A DNA stretch of 64,000 nt from Veillonella sp. (lineage in GTDB: Bacteria > Bacillota > Negativicutes > Veillonellales > Veillonellaceae): the NCBI RefSeq assembly GCF_015058545.1, contig NZ_SVCB01000073.1, positions 2,494 to 66,493 on the forward strand. The letters are read 5' to 3'. The notes beneath the pieces were generated by a model that had not been told where the DNA came from, ran no database searches, and saw only the letters and a list, made by a program, of their open reading frames with translations. Shown here one piece after another: positions 61,669 to 64,000 of this stretch (position 1 is the stretch's first letter; every line of letters begins with the position of its first letter). A program made the translations under genes and the position numbers.

Positions 61669-63738
61669 TTACATATTACTCATTGCCAAACGAACTTTAT
61701 CTGTAATATAACGGCCACATTCATCCATGAACTGCTCGTTACCAATTACATTACCTTGAATTGTTATATTTACTTGTACGCCACCATTTCTACTAGCTGC
61801 ACGCTTTACAGTTTCATCATGAGGAATTATTTCTGAACCGCTTGGTAAGATAATTCCTTCACCTCTGTTGTTTTCATTGACGTACGTACTACCACCTTGC
61901 CAATAACTTGTACCGGTAGCATTATGTTTTTCATCATCACCACCAAATACAAAGTTCTTAACTTTCCTTAATCCATCACCAATAGTACTAATCTTTTCGC
62001 TAATGCTACCCAAGATAATATCAGCAAAAGATTTAATGGTTTCAAAATAGCCATTAAAAATACCAACTAGCCCTGAAAGTGCTTGGTCCCAATTGCCAGT
62101 AAATACACCGGTAATAAAATCTATAATGCCTTGGAAAATCTGTGCAACTCCATCAATTACACCGCTAAACTGTCCAATAAATCCGGCTACCGCTTCAGCT
62201 GCTGCTTCATACATTATATTCACAAAACCAAATACTGCATTAACGCCTAACATTATTGCATCACTAATGGCTTGTCCTAAATTGGCAAACCAATTAATTG
62301 CATCACTAACAGCGGTTGTAATGGCCGTGCCTAAATCCACAAACCATTGAATTACACTTTCAATAGCATTAGATACATATTGCTCAATCGCCAATCCTAA
62401 ATCAATAAACCATTGTTTAACCTTTTCAATCACGGCACCGCAATATTGGCCAAAAGAAATAACTGCTGCCTTTACCTCGTCCCAGTGCATCACCAAAGCT
62501 ACAATCAGTGCTACCAATGTAGCAATACCAATAGCAACTAATACAATCGGATTAGCCGCCATTACTGCATTAAATGCAGCCATACCAACCTGTGCCCCTT
62601 GCATTGCCGTCTTAATTAACTTAAACCATGTAACTACTTTGGTAATCACGTTAAAGGCTACAAATCCGGCTACAATACCGGAAAGAATTGGAATAATATA
62701 ATCAGCATATTTACCAAAGAATGCCACCGCTTCACCTAACGCCCTGAATGCCATTACCGCAATCTCCAAAGCCTTAGATAATCCATTGGCCAAAGCATCA
62801 CCATTGGCTGCAAACCATGTTGTCATACCGTCCATCACTGATGCAACTTGCTCAAATATGCCCTTCATTTTCGTTCTTACGATAGGCAATATCTCAGCAA
62901 ACACACCAATAAATTTAGTCTTAATTGGTAACAACAGCATGCCCAAATCTTTGGCCATTGCACCGTACTGCATCTGTGCTTTCTTTTGTTTGCCAATATC
63001 CGTTTCAGCCATTGCTTTATTTACGCCACCAACGTTATTTTTTAAGACATTAGCAATAACTGATGCTCTTTGCATGGCATTACCGTTCTTAATCATTTCC
63101 GCTTCAGTTTCTGACATTGTGATGCCTACACGGCTTAATGCACTTGCATTACCACCCATTGCTTTACCAATCATATTAGCAATGCCTACTGCATCTTCTC
63201 CTGTGGCGTTTAAGCCTTTTTGTTGCACTAATAAGTCCGCCATACCATCAGAAAGCATTGAAATCTGCTGTTCGTTCAACTGAAATGTAGCTAACTGTTG
63301 CATACCGTTAAGTATTACACCTTTTCCAACTACACCAACCTTAGAAAGGCCTGCAGCATAATCATTTAATGCAGCCTGTGCTTCTTTATATCCATCCGGC
63401 CCTCTTGCTTTGATTGATTCTACATTCTGTAAAATCGCTCCTAACTTAGTTTGTACCTCAATTTCTGATTCAGCGGATGCAATCGCTTTATTGGCGTATG
63501 CTGTAATAGCACCTACTGACAGAAACGAACTCAGGCCGGCTAATTTAATTCCTAATTTACCAATGCTATTAGTAATGCTTAGAAATCTATTATTTACGCC
63601 TGAGCCAAAACTAGATAGCCTATTGCTTGCCTTTTGGATTTGCCGTTGCATTTGTTGAGTGGCTTCTACTGGCTTTTTTAACGGTGCCGTAAATTTATCT
63701 ACTAATGACAACAGTACGTTAATATTTTTACTTGCCAT
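61669..63738 (-). CDS. Tape measure protein
   Basis: Long helical Ala/Gly-rich ORF; ANPIVLV, W-periodic repeats and NATGTSYWQGG motif. Confidence 0.9.
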   Translation of the reverse strand: MASKNINVLLSLVDKFTAPLKKPVEATQQMQRQIQKASNRLSSFGSGVNNRFLSITNSIGKLGIKLAGLSSFLSVGAITAYANKAIASAESEIEVQTKLGAILQNVESIKARGPDGYKEAQAALNDYAAGLSKVGVVGKGVILNGMQQLATFQLNEQQISMLSDGMADLLVQQKGLNATGEDAVGIANMIGKAMGGNASALSRVGITMSETEAEMIKNGNAMQRASVIANVLKNNVGGVNKAMAETDIGKQKKAQMQYGAMAKDLGMLLLPIKTKFIGVFAEILPIVRTKMKGIFEQVASVMDGMTTWFAANGDALANGLSKALEIAVMAFRALGEAVAFFGKYADYIIPILSGIVAGFVAFNVITKVVTWFKLIKTAMQGAQVGMAAFNAVMAANPIVLVAIGIATLVALIVALVMHWDEVKAAVISFGQYCGAVIEKVKQWFIDLGLAIEQYVSNAIESVIQWFVDLGTAITTAVSDAINWFANLGQAISDAIMLGVNAVFGFVNIMYEAAAEAVAGFIGQFSGVIDGVAQIFQGIIDFITGVFTGNWDQALSGLVGIFNGYFETIKSFADIILGSISEKISTIGDGLRKVKNFVFGGDDEKHNATGTSYWQGGSTYVNENNRGEGIILPSGSEIIPHDETVKRAASRNGGVQVNITIQGNVIGNEQFMDECGRYITDKVRLAMSNM

Positions 63739-63904
63739 TTATGCCCTCCCACATTTCTTTTTCTTCCTCTATATCTGCATCCATACACGATTTTAAAAAA
63801 ATAAACTCCAAATCATTCATATTCAATAAATCGTCTAGTTTATGGCCGTGCCTAAGATAATACCTATATACCCTTAATTCTGAATCGTCTCTGACTGCTT
63901 TTTT
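63739..63904 (-). CDS. -1 frameshift extension of the tail assembly chaperone
   Basis: A AAA AAG at 63904-63898; -1 frame is open to TAA immediately before the tape measure ATG. Confidence 0.75.
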
Positions 63905-64000
63905 AAGTTTTCACTAAACCCATTAAATGAATCACCATAAAATTCTAGAATAGCGGTGCCAATATGAGTAATCTCATCAAAATTATCATTCAAAATTTTT
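63874..64000 (-). CDS. Tail assembly chaperone, C-terminal part (partial)
   Basis: ...KILNDNFDEITHIGTAILEFYGDSFNGFSENLKKQSETIQN*; upstream of the tape measure gene. Confidence 0.7.
   Translation of the reverse strand, partial: KILNDNFDEITHIGTAILEFYGDSFNGFSENLKKQSETIQN

Larger units (their letters stand above)
53141..64000 (-). mobile_element. Prophage (contractile tail, PBSX/Xkd-like baseplate), probably integrated at the tRNA-Gly 3' end; continues beyond window
   Basis: Contiguous lysis, tail fibre, baseplate and tape measure genes directly after the tRNA; visibly more AT-rich than flanking host genes. Confidence 0.9.

Overview
A 64-kb chromosomal segment from a diderm Firmicute (Negativicutes, most likely Veillonella-like, inferred from lutABC, SLH proteins, an autotransporter and an ArnT-like transferase occurring together). 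Positions 1-53 kb are mostly housekeeping and metabolic genes: exoA, ornithine decarboxylase, dihydropyrimidinase, threonine dehydratase, tcyP, lutABC, malic enzyme, speD, rph, murI and others. Two genes are split by single-base frameshifts (an autotransporter and a UvrA-like gene). A tRNA-Gly(CCC) at 53067-53140 is followed by the lysis and tail end of a contractile-tail prophage that runs off the window. Most notable: (i) three long segmented palindromes that fold back into the 3' ends of genes and share a 20-21 bp arm / 34-36 nt loop core and a distal GGTGGGGAG motif; (ii) a murI + membrane protein + CofE-like ligase operon, a candidate for peptidoglycan diamine ligation; (iii) a catalytically truncated tyrosine recombinase abutting the tail fibre gene, resembling a locked shufflon; (iv) a candidate sRNA with a good promoter, a terminator and an anti-SD loop; (v) a possible new spanin topology; (vi) tandem coding-like copies of a MoeA-like gene's 3' end. 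Functional calls come from motif recognition only; no database searches were run.
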